Source: Sphagnum compactum (lineage: Eukaryota). From it: a stretch of 64,000 bases of DNA. The stretch is from assembly GCA_965153455.1 (NCBI GenBank), contig OZ234494.1:5642001-5706000 (forward strand), given 5' to 3'. Positions 1 through 12,413 of this stretch are shown here, one piece after another. Position 1 is the first letter of the stretch. Every line of letters starts with the position of its first letter. A program made the translations under genes and the position numbers. Below the pieces are notes generated by a model. That model searched no databases and had not been told where the DNA came from. It saw only the letters and a list, made by a program, of their open reading frames with translations.

Positions 1-3000
1 CCTGCAAATGTCAGTTTTGCACAGTCACACATTCAATAGACTACCTTCAGCAAACATCAGTACCTGAATTGGACGCCCATATACCATAATATGTGGCCCA
101 ATCACCTTGATGAATGGAAAAGAAAACCTTGAAGGAAGACCTTGTACTGTTTACTCCTGAAATACAACAACATTAGGACTCTGGCATGTAAGGTTGTAAT
201 CTCCTTCTAGTATGCATTAGGCAAAGCAAACAGTAAGAGCTATAACAGAATGCTATCATAGCACCTGCATTTGTGGGGGCTGCCAATAGGACTCATCAGA
301 AGCAAACAACCAACCCTGCACAGGCATTTGAACACAGTCAGGGGTAAATGTCTGCTCAATAGACTAGCTTAATGTCTCCTCAAGGCATGATAACAAAACA
401 CAGGAAATGCCTTAATCAGGGAGGATTGAAATTTGATAAGTGCCTGCATCAGCCAGATTGCATCTTGGTCACCAGCATTCATTGCTTCGAAAACAACTGC
501 ACCAAGAGCTGCAATGTAGACTGGGTCATCTGTTGGTGGTTGATTCTCATTGAAGGTATCACTTTGCAAGACAAAACACCAGAAAGTAAATAAAAAATGA
601 CATCAGCTGGTACACAAAAGACTCAAAGTAATTCTGAACTATCAGATCTACCTTGAAAAGTCTACTGTTCACAGGATACCTTTAAAAATACATATAGTGA
701 ATGACAGGAACTTCATCTAAGGATTCATAGCAACCCAAGTGTGCTGTCTAGATATCTGAACCTCCCCTTCTGTCAAGGGTGCTCTTCTGACGAAGTGGAA
801 AGTCAAGAGTGTCCAGAGCAGCAACAAAACTAACCAATTATAGACGTGCTGGGTTCCGCCATATTCTGCAGAGAATATATCAGGCACAGGTCAATGCACA
901 TGCTGACTGTTTACTAGTTCCAATGTGAAACCATCCTCTTTGGAACATCCATACTCAGTTCAAAGAGGCAACAGACAACCAAATCCTAATAATAAGGAAC
1001 CTCTGTGAAGGTCTACAGACAATATGTATCAATGAGATTGCATAGAAAACTCCACAACAAGATTTGAAGGTACACATTACATCTGTTCCGGCCAAACCAA
1101 AACAAACACAACTAGAATGAGTGCGTTCATAATCTTTTGAGTGTTAATAACAAAGTCATTAGATACCTTCAATCTGTTGTAAGATGAAGGCTTTTCCAAT
1201 CTCCACAAAAAGTGGGTCTGTGGGGTCCAAAAGATATGTACAGCACCACCTTGGATCACCATCCACGGTATTCCTGGTCATGCATGTGCTCAATTTTCAG
1301 CTCAAATGGTTGGATGCCATCCTAGGTCACAATCATTTCTGTCTCTCCTTGTCTTCCAGCTCCATAGCGCACACTCTCCAAGAACTAAACAAATCTCTTT
1401 CTAAACTCCAAATTGTCAATGATACTGTAATTGTCAAGGAAAAGGAGAGCTACAATGTAATAGAATCAGACAAGGACAAAGTGCAAACCAATCGCCTAGC
1501 TGTGTGATTTTGGCATTGGGGTAGATTTTGGATATGGCAGCTGGGACATTTCCAGAGAAAGCAGGTAATACTGTAGAAGCACTAGCAAGGCCAAGGTCAG
1601 AATTTGTACTAGCAGAGAATGATCTGATGTAATCTGCCTCCCAACCATGAATGTCCATTACTGGAGGCGTCTCTTTCATACACCTCAGAGTCCAAGCCAC
1701 ACAGTGTAAAAGAGCTCTATTATCATAACATGAATTACAATCCTAACTTCCCGCCATACAAATAAACAAACTTATGTATGAATCACCAATAGTCAATGAC
1801 ATATTTATTGAGTCTCCATGTGGTTTGAGGCAACAAGATCTATAAGAAAAGGGATGATGCAGAAAACTGACTGGTGCTTTATCAGGAAGGAGCATACCAG
1901 GAGTCATGCCAAGATCCCGCATGCGAGAAAGAATTCTGATCTGCAACTGCAGCTGCTGGTCCAGCCATGCCTGTGGCAATGGTCCTCCCCACCTGGCAGC
2001 ACTCCAATGTTTAATTGATCAGTTACCTTTCAGCAGGTGTCTTTATGCATCCCTCTGCAAGTTCCTGCAAATGGTGCCACTACACCTGATGGGAAAGTCA
2101 TTTACCTATGAAGATTCCCCATTCGAGCCCAAGCAAGGAAAGCTGGACCACCAAAGTAGTCGTCCAAGTCAGACTTGGTTAAGTTGAAGGTTTTGCTCTG
2201 TCAAAGACTTCTGCACTGTTCAGTTGTCAGCCCAAAAAATGAAAACAACCCAATTTTGATTCCTCACCCCTCACTATGCACTGTCTTGGACCAACTCTTG
2301 CATGTAGATGCATATGATGATTTGGCAGTGGAAGGGAGGGTTAAGTTACCTGTTAGCAACAACCAGAGATGTGAGTTTGATATCTACCTACAGCAGAACA
2401 GGCTGATGATTCCATGCAAGGAATTCACAATGACCAACTCCTTGGCACCAAAAGAATCCACTTAGCCTAACAGGGGAACCTAAACAGAAGATCATCAAAG
2501 AGTTCTTTAAAGGTGAAGATCTGCAATATAGATCCACAATATTTGGGAAGAGAAATATATGATCAACCTGAAAGACTTTTTGCCAGATTGCCTCTTGACC
2601 AGTAAAAGCCAGTGGCAAGTTGATGCCTTGTAAGGCCATCCAATCAATCTCCTTCTCCCATTGGTCCCATTTCCACCACACATAGGAGTCTGCCAAAACA
2701 GCATATGTGTGGAATCATCATTGCTCAGTCTCCACTCCCAAATTAAAGTGCGCTTCATTTTCTCATCTTTCACAAGACCAAGTGTCAACTGTAACAAACA
2801 TAGTATGAGTGTATATTAACAACTATCTCATCTTGACCTTGACAGGAGCCATCCACACCAGTCGAGTTTTCCAAGAGAAGAAAATTCCTGATTGCATGCT
2901 GGGGCTGATGGCTATGTCTGCAGTTGCCAATTCAATCAATCATTACTTCCATATTACTTTGAAACTGGACTCTCAGTGCTTGTAAGGCAAGCTTGAAGGA

Positions 3001-4723
3001 AACAACTACATACAGCTTGATGTGACAACATTCTGGTAGTAGTTCCACTCAACAACCCGGTGTATTGTTATTCCCCCATCCTGCAACTGTGGCAGTGACC
3101 CAGGTGGAGGAATTGTAAAGAGCTGTGCCCCTCCTGTCTTGTCCCAGGATACATGGGCACCACACCAATACTTGATATACCAGTGCAGGCCTGCACAGAG
3201 CTCCACACCTGTTGTCCCCAAAATACTGCAAGAATAAAAACAAATGATTATATTGCAGAAAGAGATGAAGCCTGATCCACAAGCAAACTGCAAAGAGGAG
3301 CAAATGTTCAAACAATGCAACCATATGGAATGTATATAGGCCTATATGACCTGGTCCAACCAAAACCCTACTATTTCTGAGTAGAGGGTCCAAGCACTTG
3401 ATTGTCAAGTTTCATCAAAGGGCTATCCTTGATCTATCAGATAAGAATTCTAACTAGCTCAGATCTGAGATGAAAGATTTTTTCCTGCAAAAGGGTAGTA
3501 CCTAAGCTCTAGATTTCCTATCCTGTATGGCTTCCAGCTGAAGAAGTAGAGTGTTAGGGTTAAGCAGGAATTGCCAGAATATCTCACATAAGATCAACAG
3601 AGTTTAGACATGAATTAGTTGAGCTAAGCTCTAGATTTTCTATCCTGTATGGCTTCCAGCTGAAAGAGGTAGAGTGTTAGGGTTAATAGAGAATTGTTAG
3701 AATGTCTCACATAAGATCAACAGAGTTAGACATGAATTAGTTGAGCTAAGCTCTAGATTTTCTATCCTGTATGGCTTCCAGCTGAAAGAGGAAGAGCATT
3801 AGGGTTAAGAGAGAATTGTCAGAATGTCTCACACATAAGATCAACAGAGTTTAGACATGAACTAGTTGAGCTGGAAGTTTACAACAAATTAAGCCAGCTT
3901 GTTTTCCAACATACATATGCTTTCAAGCTTGCTACCAGTTAATAAACAGTCATCTGGATGTCACATCCAATGGACAGGTGGAGAAGGAAGGTCTAGGGTT
4001 TAAGCATTTACGGTTTAACGGTCATGCAGCTATGGTTCCAGACATATGGTTTTGTACTTACATATTTAAAGACAATGAGTGATCAATCCAAAGACCAGGC
4101 TTGGATTATCATAACCTCCACAAGCCTGCATTCTTGTTCAATGTGAATGCATCATTGATTGACACAGGGCATTCTGTGACAAGAGAGGAGCATCATTTTA
4201 AGATGGGAAGAATGTATGTATGTATGCATTCCTAGGAGGAGCTTGAAGATATAATAGGGATGTCAATACCAGAGCTGACAGGGTAAGAGACCTTATTTCT
4301 GGTGCGACTCCTGCTGCTCGCAGACCCGAAGAAGGATGGTTACGTATATGAAAGCAGTACTTTCCACTACAATCTTCCTGTTCCAAAATCAAAGAATTAG
4401 TTCAGACTCAAAGACAATGACATGACGTAGGGATGAATATTGCTGCCATAGGAGCAGAGGGAAAGAAGGAGAGGAAGAGACGACGCTTTTCTTTTCAATT
4501 TTAAAACCTTGGACACAATGCGTAGCTCGAAACTTGAAGTATGATTTGGGAGAAGTCTCGTCAGTACACCCCGTGCTGCACGCTCCTGAACGGATGCCTC
4601 CGATCTTTCCGCTTCCGCTCTCTTCCAAAAGCCACCCATCTCATGCATTCCAGAAGCTTGCACATACCATGGCTGCACTATGACAAATAAAAGTACCAAC
4701 GGTAGTAAACGCAAAATCTCCAT
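1..4723 (-). CDS. NAGLU: alpha-N-acetylglucosaminidase (glycoside hydrolase family 89), spliced, 3' part continues beyond window start
   Basis: Exons read by hand with consistent phases: 4508-4723, 4292-4377, 3014-3225, 2568-2689, 2106-2197, 1898-1992, 1489-1570, 1167-1273, 835-865, 444-561, 265-315. An acceptor CAG at 2-4 opens the next exon at base 1. The spliced protein has a signal peptide plus GH89 motifs [87 protein letters not shown] and WLMQGWLF. Confidence 0.95.
265..315 (-). CDS. NAGLU: NAGLU exon 11
   Basis: [21 protein letters not shown] bounded. Confidence 0.9.
444..561 (-). CDS. NAGLU: NAGLU exon 10
   Basis: [42 protein letters not shown] acceptor, GC donor. Confidence 0.9.
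835..865 (-). CDS. NAGLU: NAGLU exon 9 (31-nt micro-exon)
   Basis: [15 protein letters not shown] bounded, restores phase between exons 8 and 10. Confidence 0.88.
1167..1273 (-). CDS. NAGLU: NAGLU exon 8
   Basis: [39 protein letters not shown] bounded. Confidence 0.93.
1489..1570 (-). CDS. NAGLU: NAGLU exon 7
   Basis: [32 protein letters not shown] bounded. Confidence 0.93.
1898..1992 (-). CDS. NAGLU: NAGLU exon 6
   Basis: [35 protein letters not shown] bounded. Confidence 0.93.
2106..2197 (-). CDS. NAGLU: NAGLU exon 5
   Basis: [34 protein letters not shown] bounded. Confidence 0.92.
2568..2689 (-). CDS. NAGLU: NAGLU exon 4
   Basis: [45 protein letters not shown] bounded. Confidence 0.95.
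3014..3225 (-). CDS. NAGLU: NAGLU exon 3
   Basis: [21 protein letters not shown]...[14 protein letters not shown] bounded. Confidence 0.93.
3502..3872. repeat. three ~122-bp tandem copies in NAGLU intron 2
   Basis: CTAAGCTCTAGATTT...GAATTAGTTGAG units start at 3502, 3624 and 3746. Confidence 0.9.
4292..4377 (-). CDS. NAGLU: NAGLU exon 2
   Basis: CAG acceptor, [11 protein letters not shown]...PEI, GT donor, phase 2 matches the next exon. Confidence 0.85.
4508..4723 (-). CDS. NAGLU: NAGLU exon 1 (signal peptide)
   Basis: ATG at 4723, [12 protein letters not shown]...ELRIVSK, GT donor at 4507-4506. Confidence 0.85.
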
Positions 4724-4899
4724 TCTCCTCCGTCCAAATAGCAGAATAATTTTTTTTTGCAATATTTTCTTATGCACAACTCCGCGAATGTTCTGAAGAT
4801 TTTTCCATCGCTACGAATTCCTCGACGACATGAGAGAGACGAGAGAGAGAAGAGGAAAGAAAATGCGGAGCTCCTTAGCGTCTACGTTACTCTATTTTG

Positions 4900-5432
4900 G
4901 AGGGCATATCAAAGGCAGATGGCACACCTAATGGACTTGATTAGGGTTATGCTCATGATAGATCTTCTCAAGCACCAACCATTGAAGAAGATTTACCAAA
5001 TGATGATACAAGTCCAAGTCAAGCCGGGAGTGCTCCTCCACAATCTCATGTATCCACTAATTCCTGCATTTGGCACTTCTATCAAATACATCCAATATGG
5101 GCACTCGAGGTAATACTGCAACTGAATCACCTTATACATGTGTAGCAAATTTACTTGGTGTTTCTGGCAACGCTATGGGAAACAAATGACGGAGATTGAG
5201 TGGTGACATGGCATTTACTTTCAAGAAGTTAACTGAATCTTCAAAAAAATTTGAGACTTTGAAGCTTGAATTGCAAAGGGAGGCAATTGAGACCATAAAG
5301 TCCGTTGCCCAATCTATGATTACAATGGAAGAAAGGTCTAGGAAAGAAAGTAGAGAATAAACTTTACAATTGGCACAAATTTTTGCAACTGAACTCAGAG
5401 CTAGACGTCCTCCTAATGTTCTAGAAAATTGA
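4900..5432 (+). pseudogene. decayed ORF, probably the C-terminal part of a Harbinger Myb/SANT partner gene
   Basis: Interrupted frame ...LKLELQREAIETIKSVAQSMITMEERSRKESRE*TLQLAQIFATEL..., convergent with the Harbinger transposase as expected for PIF/Harbinger two-gene layouts. The Myb domain itself is not seen. Confidence 0.4.
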
Positions 5433-5589
5433 TAAGAGATTTGCATCTATACTTTGTATGAATACAATATTCATACAAAGTGCAACTATTGTATGAAACA
5501 TGAATGTCAATAAAACATGATTTTTATTTATTGAATGATGTGTTTTACATAAAACAACAAAATGTGAATCTACTCTCTAAGATTACATT

Positions 5590-7035
5590 GTATCTAGGAT
5601 TTAAATAACGCATCTCGCATCTCCTCACCAACAGCCTTAGCTCTTTCACCTTTTTGTGGATTTGATTTACACATACCAACAAAACTTAGAAAAGGATCTC
5701 CTCGTGCTCAAACATCACGAACCACTGATTTTGGCATACTTTGCAATTGACAAAAACTATGCAAAGTACAACATGCCAAAGTAATCATAGGGATTTTATC
5801 AACATGGGCATTAAGTTTTTTGAAAATCTTCCATCGATTCTTTAAAGTTCCAAATGCATCATCAATTAGAACACGACCTTTGTTCATAGATTGATCAAAT
5901 CAGATTTGATCTACCATATCACTATTTCGAGGTTTGTAACCTTTCACTAAATATGGTTGAATAGGATATGCTACATCCCCAAGTAGGTTAGGTTGAATTT
6001 GCACACCTTCAATAGTAACAACTGGTTTTTGCAAATTTTGTTTTGACTAGTTGGTGCCCGTGACCTTCGGCCACTGTGAAGTCCCCCGGTTTCTTTAAAC
6101 TTGGTTAATGTTTTAGTTTTTTTTAGAAACTTTTAACATATGAGAACAGATTGAGAACATGATGAGAACAAAAGCATAAAAAAATTTAATCCTCAACTTA
6201 CCCGTCGACCCCCCCCTAAGAGTGAAGGCATTTCATCCATCCCCTTAATCGGGACGAACAGTAGCTAAAAGAAAAAAAGCTTCCCCTAAATCCGTCCCGT
6301 CATCTAGCCGGACGGACATTTCATCCATCCCCTTAATTGGGACGGACAGTAGCTAAAAGAAAAAAAGCTTCCCCAAAATTCGTCCCGTCATCAAGCCGGA
6401 CGGACATTTCATCCATCCCATTAATTGGAACGAACAGTAGCTAAAAGAAAAAAAAGGTAGTATTGGTCAATACAAAAAAAAAAAAAAAAAAAAATTGATT
6501 CTGGGCTGTCCAAGGCCTAAATATTTTTTTTCTGGTCTTCCCCTAAATCCGTCTCGTCATCAAGCCAGACGGACATTTCATCCATCCCCTTAATCGGGAC
6601 GGACAGTAGCTAAAAGAAAAAAAAGGTAGTCTTGGTCAATACAAAAAAAAAAAAAAAAAAAGATTCTGGGCTGTCCAAGGCCTAAATATTTCTTTTCTGG
6701 TCTACCAAATCTTTTGCCTCAAAAAATCAGACTGCCCCTATTTCTTTTTTCTCTGGAGTCAGTTACATCTTAGGAAGCTCCACAGGGAACGGGCAGTGCT
6801 TGGAAGACAGACACCACGTTCCGGCGTAATGTTAAAACGCGGTAATGTCTTGTGACACACAGACACCACTGTAGCTTTTATATATAGGATTGAAGGAAAC
6901 AATACAAACTTGACATTTTGAATTGTCCTCCATCTACCACTCCACCTGGTTGACCAGCGCATGCATTCCAAAAAATATATCACAATCACACACAGTTTGA
7001 TGCACTATACTATGAAAGCACTTCCTATTATAAAA
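5590..7035 (-). pseudogene. PIF/Harbinger DDE transposase remnant (DDE_Tnp_4/HARBI1-like), interrupted by a Helitron at 6047-6889
   Basis: Motifs FYNRKCFHSIV, FWNACAGQPGGVVDG, LLGDVAYP, AFGTLKNRWKIF and ACCTLHSFC, with stops and a frameshift. Confidence 0.85.
6047..6889 (-). mobile_element. non-autonomous Helitron
   Basis: On the minus strand: 5' TCCTATATATAAAAGC, 3' hairpin GTGGCC-GAA-GGTCAC then CTAG, inserted between A and T with no TSD. Four internal copies of CATTTCATCCATCCC...CAGTAGCTAAAAG. Confidence 0.88.
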
Positions 7036-7914
7036 ATATGTAGTATAATTTGTAGAATTTGGGCTAAAAATACAAAGGATTGAAGTTTGTGAACTTCAAA
7101 CCCTAATTGTTAATGAAAAGAAAAAAGATGATCCTTGTTAAATTATTGATTGGCTAGAATCGGTTAAACTTATGGTTAGAAACAAAAGTTGAAAAAATAC
7201 GAATTTAACTTAATTGGGTTGGGATGAATGACTATATATTTTTCCTTCCACCAATGGGGGACAAGAAGCAACTCCCACATGCCCACATGGTTTAATAAAT
7301 GGGAAACCAAGAAAAAATAAAATATCAAGCCCCACCACATGCCCCTGTGCTTGACCCAACCCAAAAGAAACCAAAAGGTGTGGGTATCCTAAGTAGGGGC
7401 TTGAAAAAGGAAAAAAAAGAAACAAGGGGCAGGGTAGTTGAGTGGTGGACTGACCTTGTGGGTTAGCCCCATTATTGAACCACCACGTCATCATTTCCCT
7501 AGCGAGAATTGTGGTTTAGCTCTGCTAGTTAGGGAAACCCCGTGTGTGTAACATGAGAGTCTACATTCTGCAGGCAAATTGCAGAGACAAATTGCGAAAT
7601 GCGCATTCCACATGTGCGTTCCGTTGCCAATACACTAGGGATGATGGAAAATGTCAAGACGTTTCTGAAGTAGAATTAACTGAAATAGGATTCCGTTGTT
7701 AATTATAGTATCATATATTACTTGGTGTACATTATGATTATCATACATTACTTGGTGTATAGTATTTGTACATTGACTTTCTTTCCCAACAAACGACAAA
7801 TTCTTTTACATAAGCTTGAAATTTAATGATGAAGTTTTGGGATTTTTTCTTGCAAATTACAATATTGTACATTACTTAGTGTATCGATATTCTTTGCCCT
7901 CATCCCTCCCCAAT

Positions 7915-8675
7915 TGTCGCAACCCCACTTTGAAGGAGTGTGAGGATGATACACACACTCCCGAAATGGGGACTTGGGAGTCCTTTGGGACTCCCGAAAA
8001 CTCAGAGTTCAATTGCAAGGGTCAAAACACCTTGCCTTGAAGTGTTTTTTATACCGTTGAAAAGGTCTTGAAGTGTAGACGTTGAAAATGGCCTCGCATG
8101 AACCATTTAGACATCTGCGGCACAAGTTATGTACAAAAGAAGGGTTGGGAGTCAAACTGGCAGTAGTGGTCGGGAATCGACCCGACCCCAGTGTGTGCAG
8201 GTGGAATGCAACACACCGTTGGAAAGCTCTCAAGGAGGGCTACAAGTTTGCTTCAGACCTCATCCCAATCGGAGGTTTGAGCAAGGAGTTATGAACTCCC
8301 AAAGTCCCGGGAGTCTAAATCGGGATAGTTTCGAGACTCCTCCTTGGGAATCCCGGGAAAAAATGCCATTCGGATGTAGGTGCCACGGAGTAGCGCAGAG
8401 ATACTATGTGGGGGAAGGTGGTGGCTTCCCCCGAGTCCGGGCTGTGGTGAGTCATGTGAGTCCAGGGTCGCCCGTGGCTTGTTGGTTGGTTTGATGCAGG
8501 TTCGATTAACTAAGTAAAGCTTGTCCCTCGCCCTAGTCTAATTTCGGAGCTTCAGCACGCCCTTCTACCCCTTTTAGTGCTGGAAGCTAGGAGCGTGCAC
8601 CAAGTTCCAAACAATTCCGCTGTTTGACTTCTTTGGACCCAACTTGGGTCTAACAAGGAACTTGGGAGCGCGTCA
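7915..8675 (+). mobile_element. solo LTR of an LTR retrotransposon
   Basis: TG...CA termini (TGTCGC...GCGTCA) with 5-bp TSD CCAAT at 7910-7914 and 8676-8680; second copy at 13804-14618. Confidence 0.88.
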
Positions 8676-9050
8676 CCAATCCCATCCCATGCATTGCATT
8701 CTTTTATGAGGGAGGAAGCAATGGCAAAATCACAAATCATAGGTTTTAATTTGCAAAGGTTTATGGTTTACAGTTAGACACATTATGGTCACTAAACCCC
8801 AAACTCTACTATGAATTCATTAATATGTGACCAAAATTTTTGACCCTATTATGGATTAACCCTAAACCCTACTATGTCAAGTGGTCCCTAAATCCTAAAC
8901 CCTACTATGAATTATTATTGGACAATGGGTGCCAAAACAGTATGGCCTTTAAAAGATTCTTTGTTCCATGGTTGCCTTATTCCTATAGGGTCTTTGAGTC
9001 TTGATCAATGTTTTTTTTTCACTATTCAAATTTAACTAAGTTGGTTACCT

Positions 9051-9205
9051 CACTACAACAAAAAGGTGTCCATGTACGCCAAGTGATTTCACTAGATTTT
9101 GAGTGAATTCATTGGTTGTAGTGAATAGGGACAAGTGAAAAAGTAGTGAATTCACTGGTTTAGTGAATAGGGTTTAGTGAACTGCACCCACATTTTGTAG
9201 TAGTG
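9051..9205. mobile_element. CACTA-type MITE
   Basis: Termini CACTACAACAAAA / TTTTGTAGTAGTG; internal AGTGAA repeats; inverted copy at 36861-37014. Confidence 0.8.
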
Positions 9206-9659
9206 CATGTTAGGCCCTCTTTGAGCTATAATTGCACATGAGCATATTATCTGTCAAATTGCCCAACTACATGGTAAGGAGCTATGTAGGTTTTCAATGA
9301 TTAGGGGAAATTTGGTCGGATATGATTTGCTACAAAAAAGTTTTATAATTTTTTTTTGGTGTTTACAAGCTTTCAATTGTTTTGAATAATTACTTTCTTA
9401 TTTCCATTTTCTTTTGTAACAAAACTATATGGGGGAATCAAATCTCGACCTATAGAAGCCCTACCCATTGCAACGTAAAGCCTAACTTGCACAAAAGAAA
9501 ATGTTAGTCTTAAATCCTCAATGCAAAAACAAATGTCAATTCATGTTTCCTAAAGGCTTAAAAGGGGGTTGGAACTCGATTGAAGGTTTAAATATCATCA
9601 TATCCAAAATAACATGGATCATGTAAACAAAGGGCAACCATAGATTTCACATTTACCTT

Positions 9660-10720
9660 TAAGCTTCCACAACATATCGAATTTTGTTTTCTTTCCAATT
9701 CCAAATTGCTACTCGAAAAGTAAAGTTTTGGATGGTGAAGAACTTTTGACTAAACATTCAAATGACTAACCCCAAATGTTCTATCAATCAATTCCTTAAT
9801 TTTTAATTTTCATGAAGGTGAGTTTAGAAAAACAACGTTCATCCTTTACTGAACTAATCACTTGCACCATTGCATGTTCAACCAACTTGATGTACTCAAG
9901 GATTTTGTGTTAAAAAATCTACGATGAAAAAAGGGTTGTCCATAGCTTGGTAAACGGGTTGATATGAAATGGTATTTACATCACCAATTTAACATTGTTT
10001 TTCATGACACAATGGAGTTTGTTAAATTGTCCATGAACAAAGTTAGACTATCACTCCAGATCCCAAAAAAACATGTTGCACATTCAACATCAAGGGTATG
10101 CGACACCAATCTTGGATAATATAACCATGCAAACTTGCACAACTTGCATTATCCATGGAAATAACCTCATCACAAGTTAAGGATACAAACTTGGCATTTT
10201 AAATATCAATTTTAATGGCCTTTTTCACTTCATTGTTTATGTGTTCTACCATTTCCCAACTAACTCAAAAAAAGGATTGAAATGTTCATAATCCATCATT
10301 CACCTTTACTCAAAAGACTAAAAGTATAATCAAATTGAACAAGTTTCCTTGTCTTCCATTGCTTGACCAGGATCAAACTATTGGAGGACAATTGCTATTG
10401 ATAATTAAACATAAACAATTTCATTTTTTGCATGCTTGCATTTTGGATCCATAAACCACATACCATCAATAGTTTTCCTTTAACCTCTATGTTTTTCAAT
10501 GGAATCCCACTTAGCCACCAAAACCTTTTTTTTCTCAATTTTAAAACAAACACAACATTTAATAGAAATAACCATTATAACTTCATTGAAGATGGGATCC
10601 GTCCATGGCATTTTGAAAGCCCAAACATCCTTGAACTTGCGATTCACATCAGTATCAAAAGTTTTCTTTTCATTTTCTGGGATTATAAACATGCACATCT
10701 TCAACAACAATAGGGTTAAG
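9660..10720 (-). pseudogene. decayed hAT-superfamily transposase
   Basis: C-terminal dimerisation-like VQVISSVKDERCFSKLTFMK and N-terminal KFKDVWAFKMPW...CCVC; many stops. Confidence 0.7.
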
Positions 10721-12413
10721 GTTTTCAAAAGGTTCAAAAACTTAAAGAATTGTGTTACAAATCTAAAGTGGAATAGTTGTCAATTCAAGGTTTTGCAACT
10801 GGCATCTTTGCTCACCCATGTGACTAGATTCAAGTACATCAAAACAAACAGACTCAATAGGAGCAAGGGCTTTTCTTAAGACTTGACCACCAAAAAAATA
10901 CTCAAATTTGAAATTATTTGGAACTTATAATTTTAGAGGCATGGTTAAAACAAAATAACAAATTTCAAACTACAAAAAGAACCCAAAAATGAAAACTTAA
11001 GAGGTTTACCAAAAAAGGTTCACCTTGTAGATTTGGAACAAAAAACTCAAATGTAGATGGTAATGTAAGTCATTGTAGTTTGTAATCTTGTAGCATTTCA
11101 AACAAAAATGTGGTCGCATTGTGTGCCTGTTGCCAACAACTTCACATTAAAAAATTGAACCAGACCTTAAAGGTTTCAAGTCACAACTAATTGGTTAATG
11201 GCTCACTTCCACTTGCACCATGTGTACTTACAACCTTAATGCTTAATGGTTCACACAACAAATTCGACTCACTACCTAATACCACTCATGACCTTAATGA
11301 ATGAAGAGCCTAAACCCTAAAGGTCTTAAGAATTAGGTCATGTCTCATTAGTGTTGGAGTTGATGGTGCACTTTCGCAAATTAAAATTCAACAGTGACAC
11401 TACATATCACAGACCACACATAAAACTCATGAGTCTTAAAATTCTTAAATGCACACAAAAGTCTTAGCCCTTGAACATCATGAATCCTAATCCTTGAATT
11501 TTGACTCCTGATTCCTAAGCATCTTAAACAAAGATCATTGAACAAAACAATTCAAAGAAAAAAACTTAATGTTGATCCGTGTCAATGTTGTTGAAAATTT
11601 GGGATCAAATAATGTGAATGCACACATAAAACACAAAAGCAATTCGAAAATCTGGAGAGTTGAGGATCAAGACCAAAACTATTTCAATAATATATATCGA
11701 TTCACAAGTGTGAATGTACACATAAAACACAAAAGTTATTCAAGAATCCAAGGACTAAAATTGCATCAACGAATATGAATATAAGCACTAGTACATTACT
11801 ACTAAATAATGAGATGCACAAGTTGACAACAACAATTGACAACTATAATGAAAGTCACAAGTGGCAACAATTGGCTTTAACAATGAAACTCACAAAGGTG
11901 GGAGTTAAACTTAGTAGTCATTGCACACATAAACAAACAACAAACACCCAATTGGGAGCATCAATTGTTGAAATAAAATTCAAAAAAAAAATTCAATTCA
12001 AAAGATCAATGGACTATGGGAACATTTTTCAAAAACTAACACCCATGGGCCATATTCAATGTTCATTGTTCAATGGGCAACAATAATGACTCCTAACTCC
12101 TAAGTAGATCAAGCAAAATTACAAATTTTAATTAGATTACATGAACATTGAACAATGAAGACATTTGGATGATAGGCATTTAAGGATTCAGGAATTAAAA
12201 CTTAATTCAACCTCTAAGTTTACTAGTCCATGATTGAACTATTGTTGAAGTTTGAACATTGAGCCACCATTCCATCATGACATCACCTTGTCTTACAATA
12301 TTCCATGTTCATACAAGCTATTGTTTGCAACATTTTTAAATCTATTAAAGAACAAGCGTCATGTTGAAGGGTTGATAAATATTCTAGAATGCACATCGAT
12401 TTATTGCCAAATG

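Noticed and set aside
4724..4777. N-terminal extension of NAGLU from the ORF track
   Set aside because: It starts at GTG; the ATG at 4723 directly precedes a signal peptide.
7816..8740. ORFs in the LTR repeat (also 13718-14387) as genes
   Set aside because: Short overlapping frames not preserved between the two copies
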